From: Gemmatimonadota bacterium
GTDB taxonomy: Bacteria; Latescibacterota; UBA2968; UBA8231
DNA: 64,000 bases
NCBI GenBank assembly: GCA_038128265.1
Contig: JAYPJE010000003.1
Coordinates: 32,001 to 96,000 of the forward strand
Direction of reading: 5' to 3'
The position numbers were made by a program, and so were the translations under genes. Position 1 is the first letter of the stretch, and each line of letters opens with the position of its first letter. Below, piece by piece: positions 10,817 to 20,172 of the stretch. The notes below the pieces were generated by a model. That model had not been told where the DNA came from, ran no database searches, and worked only from the letters and a program-made list of their open reading frames with translations.

Positions 10817-12066
10817 CAGCCCCCTTCTACCCCGCGCAGCATAAACTCCGCATAGGTATGTGCCGTGAGCGTTACATCGCGCACGCGCACGCGCTCGTCT
10901 ATACCGTGTGCATATTCGCCTTTGACCCCATACCCAATGCCCGGCATCCCGCCATCAACCACAAAGTAGTGCAGGTCGGTAAATCCCGTGGTAACGCGAA
11001 ATCCCGCGCTGCGCCGGCGCACGCTGCGCACGGCACTGGCAAAGGACTGACACAGCGGGTGCTGCACGTCGACGACGCACGGCTCTATGCGCAGCGGCGA
11101 CTCAATCCGGCAGGTAGCGGGCTTGCACTGGCCGGCCAGACGCCCTAGCACCTTGCGTAATTCGCCCTCCACGCGCGCGATTTGTTCGCCGGGCACGAGG
11201 CGGCGATCAAGCGAAAATCCGGCGCGCGCGGGGACCGTGTTGATCTTATCGCCCGCACCGCCGGCAAATACGCCCCCAACATTCAGCGTCGGGCTCCGAT
11301 ACAATCCATTGAAGTCGCGATAGCGACGCACATGCGCAGAAAGCTTGTCCTTGTAGGGCCCCAGCCCCGTCGCCATAGCGGCCATCGCTTCAAATGCGTT
11401 GACGCCGTCCTGCGGGCGCGAGGCGTGGGCCGACTTGCCGCCGACGTCTACTTCTAACCACAGCACGCCGTTGTGGCCACAGCCCACGTATGCACCAGCC
11501 GCCCCTTCACAGACCACGGCGTAGTCGGCCTTGCACAGTCCTTCGCGCACTACGTACCCAGCACCCAACTGACCGCCCGTTTCCTCGTCGGCCGTAAACG
11601 AACACTCGACATTGAACGCCGGCTCGACGCCGCTCTCTCGCAGTGCACCAATAGCCATTAGCAGCGCGGCAATCGATCCCTTCATATCCCCCGATCCACG
11701 GCCGTAGACGGAACCGGCGGCTACGCCAGGCTCAAATGGATCGCCAAAGCGCCAGGAGCCAGCAACCGGCACCACGTCGTAATGTGCGTTAAAGTGCACG
11801 GTCTTAGGAGCGCCGACATCCCAGCGGGCAATCAGGTTGTAGCGCGGATGGTCCGTCGACCCAAGCAGGGCGCGCACCTCGTCGTCTGGCACTCTGTGTA
11901 TTTCGACGGACAGGCCAACGTGTTCGCTCTGCTCTTTCAGCAAATCGACCATTTCGCGATAGCGACAGCCCGGTGGGTTAACCGTCGGTATGCGCACCAT
12001 GTCCTGCAGCATACCGAGCAGGCGTTTTTCGCCGCGATCTATGTAGTCATGCTCCTTGCTGCCCAT
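10816..12066 (-). CDS. M20 family metallo-amidohydrolase (ArgE/DapE-like)
   Basis: IPTVNPPG, FNAHYDVVP, YGRGSGDMKG, DEETGG, HASRP and AHGIDE metal-binding motifs. Confidence 0.9.
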   Translation of the reverse strand: MGSKEHDYIDRGEKRLLGMLQDMVRIPTVNPPGCRYREMVDLLKEQSEHVGLSVEIHRVPDDEVRALLGSTDHPRYNLIARWDVGAPKTVHFNAHYDVVPVAGSWRFGDPFEPGVAAGSVYGRGSGDMKGSIAALLMAIGALRESGVEPAFNVECSFTADEETGGQLGAGYVVREGLCKADYAVVCEGAAGAYVGCGHNGVLWLEVDVGGKSAHASRPQDGVNAFEAMAAMATGLGPYKDKLSAHVRRYRDFNGLYRSPTLNVGGVFAGGAGDKINTVPARAGFSLDRRLVPGEQIARVEGELRKVLGRLAGQCKPATCRIESPLRIEPCVVDVQHPLCQSFASAVRSVRRRSAGFRVTTGFTDLHYFVVDGGMPGIGYGVKGEYAHGIDERVRVRDVTLTAHTYAEFMLRGVEGG

Positions 12067-12075
12067 ATTGACTCC

Positions 12076-13218
12076 CTATGCACCCTGCCGACGGGCGCGA
12101 ATTTCAGTTGAGGAAATATCCATGCGGAAGGCGCTCTCGGCGATGGGCACAAAGAGCGCTCCCAGAGCGGCTGGCACCGCCACGTCGTCCAAGGTCTGAT
12201 ACCCCCCCTGCATCTGCCGACCGGCGACCCAAAAACACACGCCGCGATCGAGCAGTTCGGCCAGCGCGCGCTCCATGGCCGACGGCCCCCCGTCATAGTA
12301 CTTGCCGTCGACAAGGCGCATCGCCGTATCACAGCCGATGACAAAGTGCGGCGCACAAAAATGGGAAGCCTTGCCGTAAAACGTGGGCTCTCGCGTGAGA
12401 ATGGCGCGAAAGCGACCGCGCAGCGATGCCAAGCGCGTCTCGATTTCGGCGCGCTCCAGCGGGTCTTTGTCGACATTGTTGACGGAGAGTTCCAGCGTCG
12501 GGTCGCGCCCGCTCAGTTGTCCGGCCACCTGCGCCAGCTGGCAGTGGCCCTCGTGCAGGGGGTTGAACGAGCCGGGATAGAGCAGGCGAGCGCTGCGGTC
12601 CACGTCGACGTGGACCGCTCCGTCTATGCCGATTTCCACGACGTCTAATCCGCCTTCCAGGAGCAGAGCGAGCGGATCGTCTATTGCTACTTGCTCGGTG
12701 TTCGCTTCGGCCCACTCCGGCAGCTGCGCGTCAAAGCACACGTCGAAGGCGCCGGCGATATGTGCCAACGCCCAGCGGCTCAGCACCCCCTCCTGCTCGG
12801 TGCGTCCGGCCGATCCCTTGCGCAGGTTCAACTCGCAAAAGCGGTAGCTCTCGGCCGTGCGCAAGGCCAAATGGGCGCGGTCTTCTCCGCGTCGGGCACG
12901 CTCCGTTGCCAGCGCAGCCGTCAGCCCAACGCCAAGGTGGGACACCGGGCGATCACCGCAGCGCCGAGCCCGTCCATAGGCAACGGCAGCCATATCGCGG
13001 GCCGTTGCCCGCGCGACGCGATGGGGCCCAGGGGCCTGCACATAGTCCTCTAACACCTTATTGCCATAGGGAATTTGCGCCTCGAGCAGCACGCGTGAGG
13101 CACCCGGGTGGTCAAATAGCCAGTTGAGCAGTGCAGAACCGCCGCCCGTCACGGCCAACGCCACGAGCATATCGCCGCTTACAATCTCCTCTACGGCCGA
13201 CCAGATTGCGCTATTCAT
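12076..13218 (-). CDS. CinA/PncC-like domain fused to HxGH nucleotidyltransferase (NadD-like)
   Basis: N-terminal VTGGG...PGASRVLLEAQIPY; C-terminal PGSFNPLHEGH, VIGCDT and ISSTEIR. Confidence 0.7.
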   Translation of the reverse strand: MNSAIWSAVEEIVSGDMLVALAVTGGGSALLNWLFDHPGASRVLLEAQIPYGNKVLEDYVQAPGPHRVARATARDMAAVAYGRARRCGDRPVSHLGVGLTAALATERARRGEDRAHLALRTAESYRFCELNLRKGSAGRTEQEGVLSRWALAHIAGAFDVCFDAQLPEWAEANTEQVAIDDPLALLLEGGLDVVEIGIDGAVHVDVDRSARLLYPGSFNPLHEGHCQLAQVAGQLSGRDPTLELSVNNVDKDPLERAEIETRLASLRGRFRAILTREPTFYGKASHFCAPHFVIGCDTAMRLVDGKYYDGGPSAMERALAELLDRGVCFWVAGRQMQGGYQTLDDVAVPAALGALFVPIAESAFRMDISSTEIRARRQGA

Positions 13219-13223
13219 CGCGC

Positions 13224-14639
13224 TTAGCCGAGAAAGAAATCAAGCGCCCCGCGCACGCCCCAGACCGTCAGAAAGAGGCCACTGACGAGATTGACCAACA
13301 GCAAACCGGGCCCCATGCGCAGCGGTTTCGGCAAAAAGGTGCGGTCTGTCCACACCATCAGCAGACACCACAGACCGCAGGTCAGCACACCGCCAAATAT
13401 GGCCGCCGGAGTCACTATTTGCACCGGGTTACCCCCAGCCCACATAATGGCGATCCCACCGATGCCGCAGTAGGCTACAACCCAGGGACGCAGCGAACCG
13501 ATTGACATCGCGCGTATTTTCTGGGAAACCGGTCGCAGACACTCGTGCGTGGTGCGCACATAGAGCTCATAGGCCGCCATAATCGTGCCAAAAAACGCCG
13601 TAAAAACGCCAAATTGATACAGGTAGAGCAGAGCCGGATGCAGGCGCACGAGAAAGTCGGCCTGCACCGATAGCAGCTGCGCGTCGGCCGGAACGATTTG
13701 CTCGGGACGCAGCACGGCGGCGCCGAGAATCATGAACGCCATCGTAAAGATGACGACGCAGCCAAAAGAAACGGCCGAATCGATCAGCGGTCCGCGCAGC
13801 CACTGGCGACCAAGCGCTGTATTCTCCTCATCGTCTGCAATGGTCACGCCCTCGGCGCCGGCGGCGCTCGAACGCCCCATCAGCCCCCACGCCTTTTCCC
13901 TCAGCATGCCGATATAGCCAAAGTAATCCTGCGACCCCCCGCCAATGGCTCCCAGATAGGTCCCCAATTCCAAAACGGCGGAACGCGCGGCAATGGCAGG
14001 ATACTTGGCCGCCACCCAGCTCTCGTAGACCGGCATCGTCGGGACAATGGTGCCCAGCAGGACGGCCAGCCAGTCCGGCTGAGCCGCTGCAGCTGCCGTG
14101 AGAATAGACAGCAGCAGCACGCCGACAACGGCGGTTTGTACCTTTTCTAATGCGCCATAGCTCTGCACCATGGTTATGGCGATCGCCAGTAGGGCAAAGG
14201 CCGTTCCCCACACCCTGTCATCGCCCCAAATAGCCAGACCTTCCGCACCCAATATCCACACGACGAGCCCGCCCAGCATTTTCGGCAATCCAGATAGCCA
14301 GAGCGGAAAGCACAGGACCGTCATAATGGCCAAAACCCAAACCACCCACCCGCGCGGCCCCGGCAAATAGGCCCAGCGTTCGATGGGGTGCTCGCCCGTC
14401 AACGTCATGTAGCGAGCCGCCGTGTAGACCTGGACAAACTTCATCAGGCCTCCTCCGACAAAGCACCAGAGCAGGGCGTAGCCGAACACGGCACCGCCGC
14501 GCGAAGCAAACACCGTTTCGCCGCTGCCAATCGTCACCGAGGCGATGATGGCACCCGGTCCGAAAATGCGCAGCATGGCCCCCAACCCACGCGCCTTCAT
14601 GTCCTCACTAAGTGCTGGATAGCGAAGCGCTTGGCTCAT
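13224..14639 (-). CDS. NRAMP-related (APC superfamily) transporter
   Basis: GPGAIIASVTIGSGE in the first TM helix; about 11 TM segments. Confidence 0.75.
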   Translation of the reverse strand: MSQALRYPALSEDMKARGLGAMLRIFGPGAIIASVTIGSGETVFASRGGAVFGYALLWCFVGGGLMKFVQVYTAARYMTLTGEHPIERWAYLPGPRGWVVWVLAIMTVLCFPLWLSGLPKMLGGLVVWILGAEGLAIWGDDRVWGTAFALLAIAITMVQSYGALEKVQTAVVGVLLLSILTAAAAAQPDWLAVLLGTIVPTMPVYESWVAAKYPAIAARSAVLELGTYLGAIGGGSQDYFGYIGMLREKAWGLMGRSSAAGAEGVTIADDEENTALGRQWLRGPLIDSAVSFGCVVIFTMAFMILGAAVLRPEQIVPADAQLLSVQADFLVRLHPALLYLYQFGVFTAFFGTIMAAYELYVRTTHECLRPVSQKIRAMSIGSLRPWVVAYCGIGGIAIMWAGGNPVQIVTPAAIFGGVLTCGLWCLLMVWTDRTFLPKPLRMGPGLLLVNLVSGLFLTVWGVRGALDFFLG

Positions 14640-14672
14640 TGTATTTCTCCTGTTTTAATCGCTGAACGACGT

Positions 14673-14701
14673 ATGATACCCCCGACCGATTCGCTTGTCA
14701 A
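14673..14701 (-). promoter_or_regulatory. Sigma-70-type promoter of the transporter-nnr operon
   Basis: TTGACA-17 nt-TATCAT on the minus strand, about 35 nt upstream of ATG 14639, which has an AGGAG RBS. Confidence 0.7.
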
Positions 14702-14723
14702 ATACGGGTACTCCCAGCATATT
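14695..14723 (+). promoter_or_regulatory. Divergent sigma-70-type promoter for galU
   Basis: TTGTCA-17 nt-CATATT; its -35 overlaps the -35 of the opposite-strand promoter. Confidence 0.4.
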
Positions 14724-14752
14724 TGCCTTTTCATTGTTACTCGGAGACCGCC

Positions 14753-15691
14753 ATGCACATAACCAAAGCCGTCGTTCCCGTGGCCGGCCTAGGCACGCGC
14801 CTGCTGCCCACGACAAAGGCCGTCCCCAAAGAGATGCTTCCCGTCGGACGCCACCCCATCATTCAGCACGTTGTCGAAGAGCTTATCGAGGCCGGCATTA
14901 CCGACATCCTCTTTGTCTCCAGCCGCAGCAAGGGCGCAATCGAAAACCACTTTGACGACTACTCGGAGCTGATCATTCACCTGGAGCAAGGCCGCCACGA
15001 AATGAGTCAGGTGAGCCGCTTTGACTACCGCCAGCGTGGCATTGAATTTTTCTTTACGCGGCAGCAGGTGCCGCTCGGACAGACCAAGCCCCTTGGCACC
15101 GGCGACGCCGTGGCCGCCGCAGAGAGCTTTATTGGCGACGAATCGTTCGTGGTTGCGTTTGGCGATAGCATCGTGCGCTCGCAGGGAGCTCCCACGCTGC
15201 TACAGCGCATGGTCGACTCCCACACCCAAAACGCATCAGCCTGCACCATCGCCGCCTATGAGGTCCCCCAAGAACTGGTGCACCACTACGGCATCGTCGT
15301 CCCGCACCCTGATGAGAGCGGAAACCCCGACTGCCGCTTAACCGATATTTTGGAAAAACCCGCGCCAGACCAGACGCCCAGCCGTTTAGCCATCAGCGCG
15401 CGCTACCTATTTTCTGCCGATATCTTTGCGCGCATTCGCAGCGTCCCCCCTGCGCCCAACGGCGAGGTCTATCTGACAGACGCCATTGCCGCCCAGATAG
15501 AAGCCAACTGCATGGTGCGCGCCGTCACCCTACAGCGCGGCGAAGTGCGCTACGACATAGGCAATCACCGCGCCTACTTCAAGACCTTTATAGACTACGC
15601 GCTGGCCGATCCCGAGTGCGGCGACGAAATGCGGACCTATATGGAAGAGCTGCTCAAAAAGGACGACGCGAGTTCGCTTGACAAAGGCTAG
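14753..15691 (+). CDS. galU: UTP--glucose-1-phosphate uridylyltransferase
   Basis: KAVVPVAGLGTRLLPTTKAVPKEMLP, PLGTGDAV, EKP, GEVYLTDAI, RYDIG. Start trimmed to ATG 14753 (GGAG RBS). Confidence 0.85.
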   Translation: MHITKAVVPVAGLGTRLLPTTKAVPKEMLPVGRHPIIQHVVEELIEAGITDILFVSSRSKGAIENHFDDYSELIIHLEQGRHEMSQVSRFDYRQRGIEFFFTRQQVPLGQTKPLGTGDAVAAAESFIGDESFVVAFGDSIVRSQGAPTLLQRMVDSHTQNASACTIAAYEVPQELVHHYGIVVPHPDESGNPDCRLTDILEKPAPDQTPSRLAISARYLFSADIFARIRSVPPAPNGEVYLTDAIAAQIEANCMVRAVTLQRGEVRYDIGNHRAYFKTFIDYALADPECGDEMRTYMEELLKKDDASSLDKG

Positions 15692-15772
15692 GCTGTCTAT
15701 ACTTTAGCCGTCTCAACTCACTTATACATCATTTAGTCCACGTACTCAACATATTCGGAACAAGGTGAACGC

Positions 15773-18004
15773 ATGAGTTCTTCAAGTTGGAAAGAGGTGC
15801 TGGCCGGTCGAATGGCCGATGATCTGGCCGAAGAAATTGACATCTTCGAGACGCAGATCCACCTGCGCAAGCAGGGCAAAATAGAAGAAAAACTCTTTGC
15901 AGAAACGCGCCTGCGCCGCGGCGCCTACGGTCAGCGTTACGACAACGGCCAGCGCTACGATGGTTCTAAAACGCAGCTGCTGCGCTATCCCGACGTGCCG
16001 ACCAAAGGCCCCGATACCGTGTGGGACGCGCCCGGCATGATGCGCATTAAGATTCCCTTCGGCGGACTGAGCTGCGAGCAAATGGAAGTGCTTGCGGATT
16101 TGGCCGAGGAATACTCCGACGAGATACTCCATATCACCACGCGTCAGGACATCCAGCTGCACTACGTCCACATCGACGATACGCCGGATCTCATGCGCCG
16201 CTTGGGCGCCGTTGGCATCACGACGCGCGAAGCCTGCGGCAATTCCGTGCGCAATATCACCGCCTGTCCGCTGTCCGGCATCTGCCATACCGAACTCTTT
16301 GACGTTACGCCCTATGCGCAGGCGACAATGCGCTTTCTGCTCGGACACGAAGATTGCCAAGACTTTGGTCGCAAATTCAAAATTGCCTTTTCCGGCTGCC
16401 GCCACGAAGCCTGCGGGCTGGCCAATATGCACGATATGGGCGCGGTAGCCGCCGTGCGCGAAGTCGACGGCGTGCAGCAGCGCGGCTTTGAGCTCTACGT
16501 CGGTGGCGGCCTCGGCGCCGTGCCACACCAGGCCCAGCTCTATAGCGAATTTCTTCCCGAAGAAGAGCTCTTACCGACCGCGCAGGCCATTGCCCGCGTA
16601 TTTGCCCGCCTCGGCGAGAAGCGCAACCGCAACCGGGCGCGCATCAAATTCCTCATTGCCAAGATTGGCATTGAAGAGTTTCGCCGCCTGGTCGAAGAGG
16701 AGCGCAAGATCCTGCCCCCCGACCCGCGCTGGACAGCGTACTTAGGCGATCTCAATGCCTATGACGAAGAGCCGCTAAAGGAGGCGCAGCCACTCAACGG
16801 CGCCCCACAGGAAGCCGACTTTGTCGAGTGGAAGCGCACCAACGTCTATCCCCAACGCCAAAGCGGCTATAGCGCGGCTACCATCGCCCTGCCGCTGGGC
16901 GATCTGACGTCGCGCCAAATGCGCCAGCTCGTGTCTATCTGCAGCCAGTACGTCAAGGACACCGTGCGCACCACGGTCGAACAGAACATCGTGCTGCGCT
17001 GGGTGAGCGATGCCGACCTGCCCTCGCTCTTTGCGGCGCTCAAAGCGGCTGGGCTCGCCCAACCCGGAGCGGGCACCATGGTCGATATCACCTCTTGCCC
17101 TGGGACCGACACCTGCAAGCTGGGCATCGCCTCGTCACGCGGCCTAGCGGCCGAACTCCGCAAGCGTTTAGCGATCAAGGGCACTCAGCTCGACGTGGCC
17201 ATCGAAGGCCTGCGCATCAAGATCAGCGGCTGTTTTAACTCCTGCGGCCAGCACCACGCCGCCGACATTGGCTTCTACGGCAACAGCCGTAAAATCAACG
17301 GTATTACCGTGCCTCATTTCCAGGTGGTGTTAGGCGGCCAGTGGCGAGAGAATGCAGGCTCATTTGGCCTAGCTATGGGCGCGGTCCCGTCAAAGAACAT
17401 ACCCGATGTCGTCGACCGCCTGGCCCAGCGCTTTATCGAAGAGCGCCAGAAAGACGAATCCTTTCAGGACTATATCCAGCGCATGGGCAAGCGCGATATC
17501 AAAGCCATGCTCGACGACCTAACGCTGGTCCCTGCATTTGAGGAAAACTCCTGGTACTATCAAGACTGGGGCGATACGCGCACCTACACCATAGACGATC
17601 TGGGCAAGGGCGAGTGTGCCGGCGAAGTGGTTTCGGCAACGGTAATGGAAATCGCTTCGGCCGAACGCGAGGTCTTTGAAGCGCAGGTCGCCTTAGAAGA
17701 GGGACAGGTCGACCGCGCGACACAGGGAGCGTATCGCGCCATCGTGCGCTCGGCGCGCGCGCTCGTCCGCGAGCAGTACTACGACGTCCCCGACAGTGCC
17801 GATGCAGTGGTCGGCGAATTCCGCACCCGCTTTTTCGAGAGCGAACTGTTTTCGCTGCAATTTGCCAACTACTTCTTCACCGCACATCAGGAGGGGACCG
17901 CTGGGCTGGACGCCACGGCCGCACACCGACGCATCGAAGAAGCGCAGCTGTTTATAGAAGGGGCTTATACCTGCTATGATAAAATCGCTGCGCAACCAGC
18001 CTGA
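15773..18004 (+). CDS. Ferredoxin-dependent siroheme sulfite/nitrite reductase with C-terminal helical (HEPN-like) extension
   Basis: RLRRGAYGQR, MMRIKIP, TTRQDIQLH, RKFKIAFSGC; Fe-S/siroheme ligands CPGTDTC and SGCFNSCGQH. Confidence 0.88.
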   Translation: MSSSSWKEVLAGRMADDLAEEIDIFETQIHLRKQGKIEEKLFAETRLRRGAYGQRYDNGQRYDGSKTQLLRYPDVPTKGPDTVWDAPGMMRIKIPFGGLSCEQMEVLADLAEEYSDEILHITTRQDIQLHYVHIDDTPDLMRRLGAVGITTREACGNSVRNITACPLSGICHTELFDVTPYAQATMRFLLGHEDCQDFGRKFKIAFSGCRHEACGLANMHDMGAVAAVREVDGVQQRGFELYVGGGLGAVPHQAQLYSEFLPEEELLPTAQAIARVFARLGEKRNRNRARIKFLIAKIGIEEFRRLVEEERKILPPDPRWTAYLGDLNAYDEEPLKEAQPLNGAPQEADFVEWKRTNVYPQRQSGYSAATIALPLGDLTSRQMRQLVSICSQYVKDTVRTTVEQNIVLRWVSDADLPSLFAALKAAGLAQPGAGTMVDITSCPGTDTCKLGIASSRGLAAELRKRLAIKGTQLDVAIEGLRIKISGCFNSCGQHHAADIGFYGNSRKINGITVPHFQVVLGGQWRENAGSFGLAMGAVPSKNIPDVVDRLAQRFIEERQKDESFQDYIQRMGKRDIKAMLDDLTLVPAFEENSWYYQDWGDTRTYTIDDLGKGECAGEVVSATVMEIASAEREVFEAQVALEEGQVDRATQGAYRAIVRSARALVREQYYDVPDSADAVVGEFRTRFFESELFSLQFANYFFTAHQEGTAGLDATAAHRRIEEAQLFIEGAYTCYDKIAAQPA

Positions 18005-18018
18005 GAGAGATAATCACC

Positions 18019-18597
18019 ATGGATGAATTACAGCGCATCAACGTAAAGCTCTACCTGCGCGATGCAGACAGCCTGTCCAGCGAAGTGGCCTTTCGCATTT
18101 TTAATGCGTGGATTGCCGCGAGCAACGACGAAGTGCTCGTCGACGTGGCCGACTACAGTCACGTCGGGCATGGCCCAGAAACCATTCTCATCGGACACGA
18201 GGCCAATTACAGCCTCGACAGCGACGGCGGAGAAACCGGCTTGCTGTACGCGCGCAAACAGGCCCAGAGCGGCACCGTGCAGGAGCGACTGCGCGGCGCG
18301 CTGACGGCCGCCCTGCGCGCCTGTCGGCGACTCGAGACCGAACCCGAACTGGCCGACAAAGTTTCCTTTCGCGGCGGCGATATTCTGGTTACGGCCAACG
18401 ACCGCCTGCTGGCACCCAATACCGATGAGGGCGAACGCGATCTACGCACCGCACTGGAGCCCGTTCTCGACGAGCTCTTTGCCGGCTCTCAATACGTCGT
18501 CGAACGCGATGTTTCAAGCGGCGAACGGCTCAATCTGCGCGTGCGGGCAGAAGGCGATTTTAGCGCCGAAATCCTGCTGGCTAATCTGGCCGCCTAA
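18019..18597 (+). CDS. Hypothetical protein co-transcribed with the reductase
   Basis: 192-aa ORF 14 nt after the reductase stop; DVADYSHV..GP..ILIGHEANYSLD and NDRLLAPN segments. Confidence 0.8.
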   Translation: MDELQRINVKLYLRDADSLSSEVAFRIFNAWIAASNDEVLVDVADYSHVGHGPETILIGHEANYSLDSDGGETGLLYARKQAQSGTVQERLRGALTAALRACRRLETEPELADKVSFRGGDILVTANDRLLAPNTDEGERDLRTALEPVLDELFAGSQYVVERDVSSGERLNLRVRAEGDFSAEILLANLAA

Positions 18598-18603
18598 AGG
18601 TGC

Positions 18604-18631
18604 TTGACAAAAGCAACGGCCGCGCTATCTT
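18604..18631 (+). promoter_or_regulatory. Sigma-70-type promoter for the ferredoxin
   Basis: TTGACA-16 nt-TATCTT, about 50 nt upstream of an ATG with AGGAGG RBS. Confidence 0.55.
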
Positions 18632-18682
18632 TGCGATTGATTAGACGCTTTCGGCAAAGAAAGACCCTTCTAGGAGGAACCT

Positions 18683-18997
18683 ATGGCCTACTATATCACC
18701 GAAACCTGCATCGACGTAAAAGACAAAGCCTGCGTCGAAGTTTGCCCCGTCGACTGCATCCACCCAACGGATGGCGAAGGCGAGCCCATGCTCTATATCG
18801 ATCCGGATGAGTGCATTGACTGCGGCGCCTGCGAACCCGAATGTCCGGTAGAGGCGATTTTCGCCGAAGAGGATATGCCTGAAGATCAGGGGCGTTTTGT
18901 CGACGTAAACACCAAGTATTTCGAACTGCGCGACAACCCCGATGAGTGGGCTAAGTGGAAGGAAGAGCACGCAGCCGACTTTGAGAAAAAGGGCTAG
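18683..18997 (+). CDS. Dicluster (7Fe-type) ferredoxin
   Basis: CIDVKDKACVEVCPVDCI...CIDCGACEPECPVEAI pattern. Confidence 0.93.
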   Translation: MAYYITETCIDVKDKACVEVCPVDCIHPTDGEGEPMLYIDPDECIDCGACEPECPVEAIFAEEDMPEDQGRFVDVNTKYFELRDNPDEWAKWKEEHAADFEKKG

Positions 18998-19020
18998 CGC
19001 ATCGCTCTATAGCCAACGCG

Positions 19021-19054
19021 AGCCGGGACATCATCGATGTCCCGGCTTTTTTTT
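19021..19054 (+). terminator. Rho-independent terminator
   Basis: 12-bp stem AGCCGGGACATC / GATGTCCCGGCT followed by a T run. Confidence 0.9.
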
Positions 19055-19125
19055 GCGCTTGACGCCCAGCCCGGGGCTGGGCTTATTCTGCACTTCCATA
19101 TTCTACAGACGGAGTTTCTACCACC

Positions 19126-20172
19126 ATGGCGAAAAAGCCTCCTGCGCCCAAGCGCGCGCCAAAGAAAACCGCCCCAAAAAAGGCAGCCAAAACGCGGCGC
19201 GGTGCCAGCCTGCGCGCACCGGCCGATACCCTGTGGTTAATGTACCGCAAAATGAGCGAGATCCGCCTCTTTGAGGAACACGTATGGGACGTTTACACGC
19301 GCGGCCTCATGCCGGGACTGGCCCATCTCTACATCGGTGAAGAAGCGGTAGCGGTCGGCACCTGCACCGCTCTGCGCGACGACGATTATATAACGAGCAC
19401 GCACCGCGGCCACGGACACTGCCTGGCCAAAGGAGGCCAACTCGACCGCATGATGGCCGAAATCATGGGTAAGGAGGCGGGCTACTGCCGCGGCAAGGGC
19501 GGCTCCATGCACATCGCCGATATGTCGGTGGGCATTCTGGGCGCCAACGGCATTGTCGGCGGTGGATTCGGCATCGCCACTGGAGCGGCACTCTCGGCCA
19601 AACTGCGCGGCAGCGACCAGGTCTCCGTCTGCTTTTTTGGCGACGGCGCCTCCAACCAGGGCATCATGCTGGAAACCGTCAATATGGCAGCGGCTTGGGA
19701 CCTTCCCGCCCTCTACATATGCGAAAACAACCAGTACGGTGAGCACACCCCCTACCAGGCGGTGACGGGCGTAGAAGACATCGCCGACCGCGCCAAGGGC
19801 CTGGGCTTAGAGGGCATAATCGTCGATGGTTCGGACGTATTAGGCATGCACGAGTGCGTGCAGCAGGCCGTGGCCAAAGCGCGCGCGGGCGGCGGCCCTA
19901 CGCTCATCGAAGCGAAGACCTACCGCTTCCACGGGCACCACGTCGGCGACGCCATGACCTACCGCACGCGCGACGAGGCCGAGTGGTGGCGCACCAACAA
20001 AGACCCCATAAAATTGCTCGGCGATTACATGATCGAACAGGCCGTGGCCAAGCAGGAAGAGTTGGACGCCGTATACAAGCAGGTGGAAGGCGAGGTGCTG
20101 GCGGCCATTGAGTTTGGCAAAGACGCCCCCCTACCCCCTCCCGAACAAGCCTACGAGGATCTCTATGCCTGA
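19126..20172 (+). CDS. TPP-dependent dehydrogenase E1 alpha subunit (AcoA/PdhA family)
   Basis: HLYIGEEA, STHRGHGH, GKGGSMH, FFGDGA...ENNQY, TYRFHGH; Lys/Ala/Pro-rich N-terminal extension. Confidence 0.93.
   Translation: MAKKPPAPKRAPKKTAPKKAAKTRRGASLRAPADTLWLMYRKMSEIRLFEEHVWDVYTRGLMPGLAHLYIGEEAVAVGTCTALRDDDYITSTHRGHGHCLAKGGQLDRMMAEIMGKEAGYCRGKGGSMHIADMSVGILGANGIVGGGFGIATGAALSAKLRGSDQVSVCFFGDGASNQGIMLETVNMAAAWDLPALYICENNQYGEHTPYQAVTGVEDIADRAKGLGLEGIIVDGSDVLGMHECVQQAVAKARAGGGPTLIEAKTYRFHGHHVGDAMTYRTRDEAEWWRTNKDPIKLLGDYMIEQAVAKQEELDAVYKQVEGEVLAAIEFGKDAPLPPPEQAYEDLYA

Noticed and set aside
15678..15705. TTGACA...TATACT promoter for the reductase
   Set aside because: Spacing is 14 nt; the 16-nt alternative (TACTTT) is weak, so not called.
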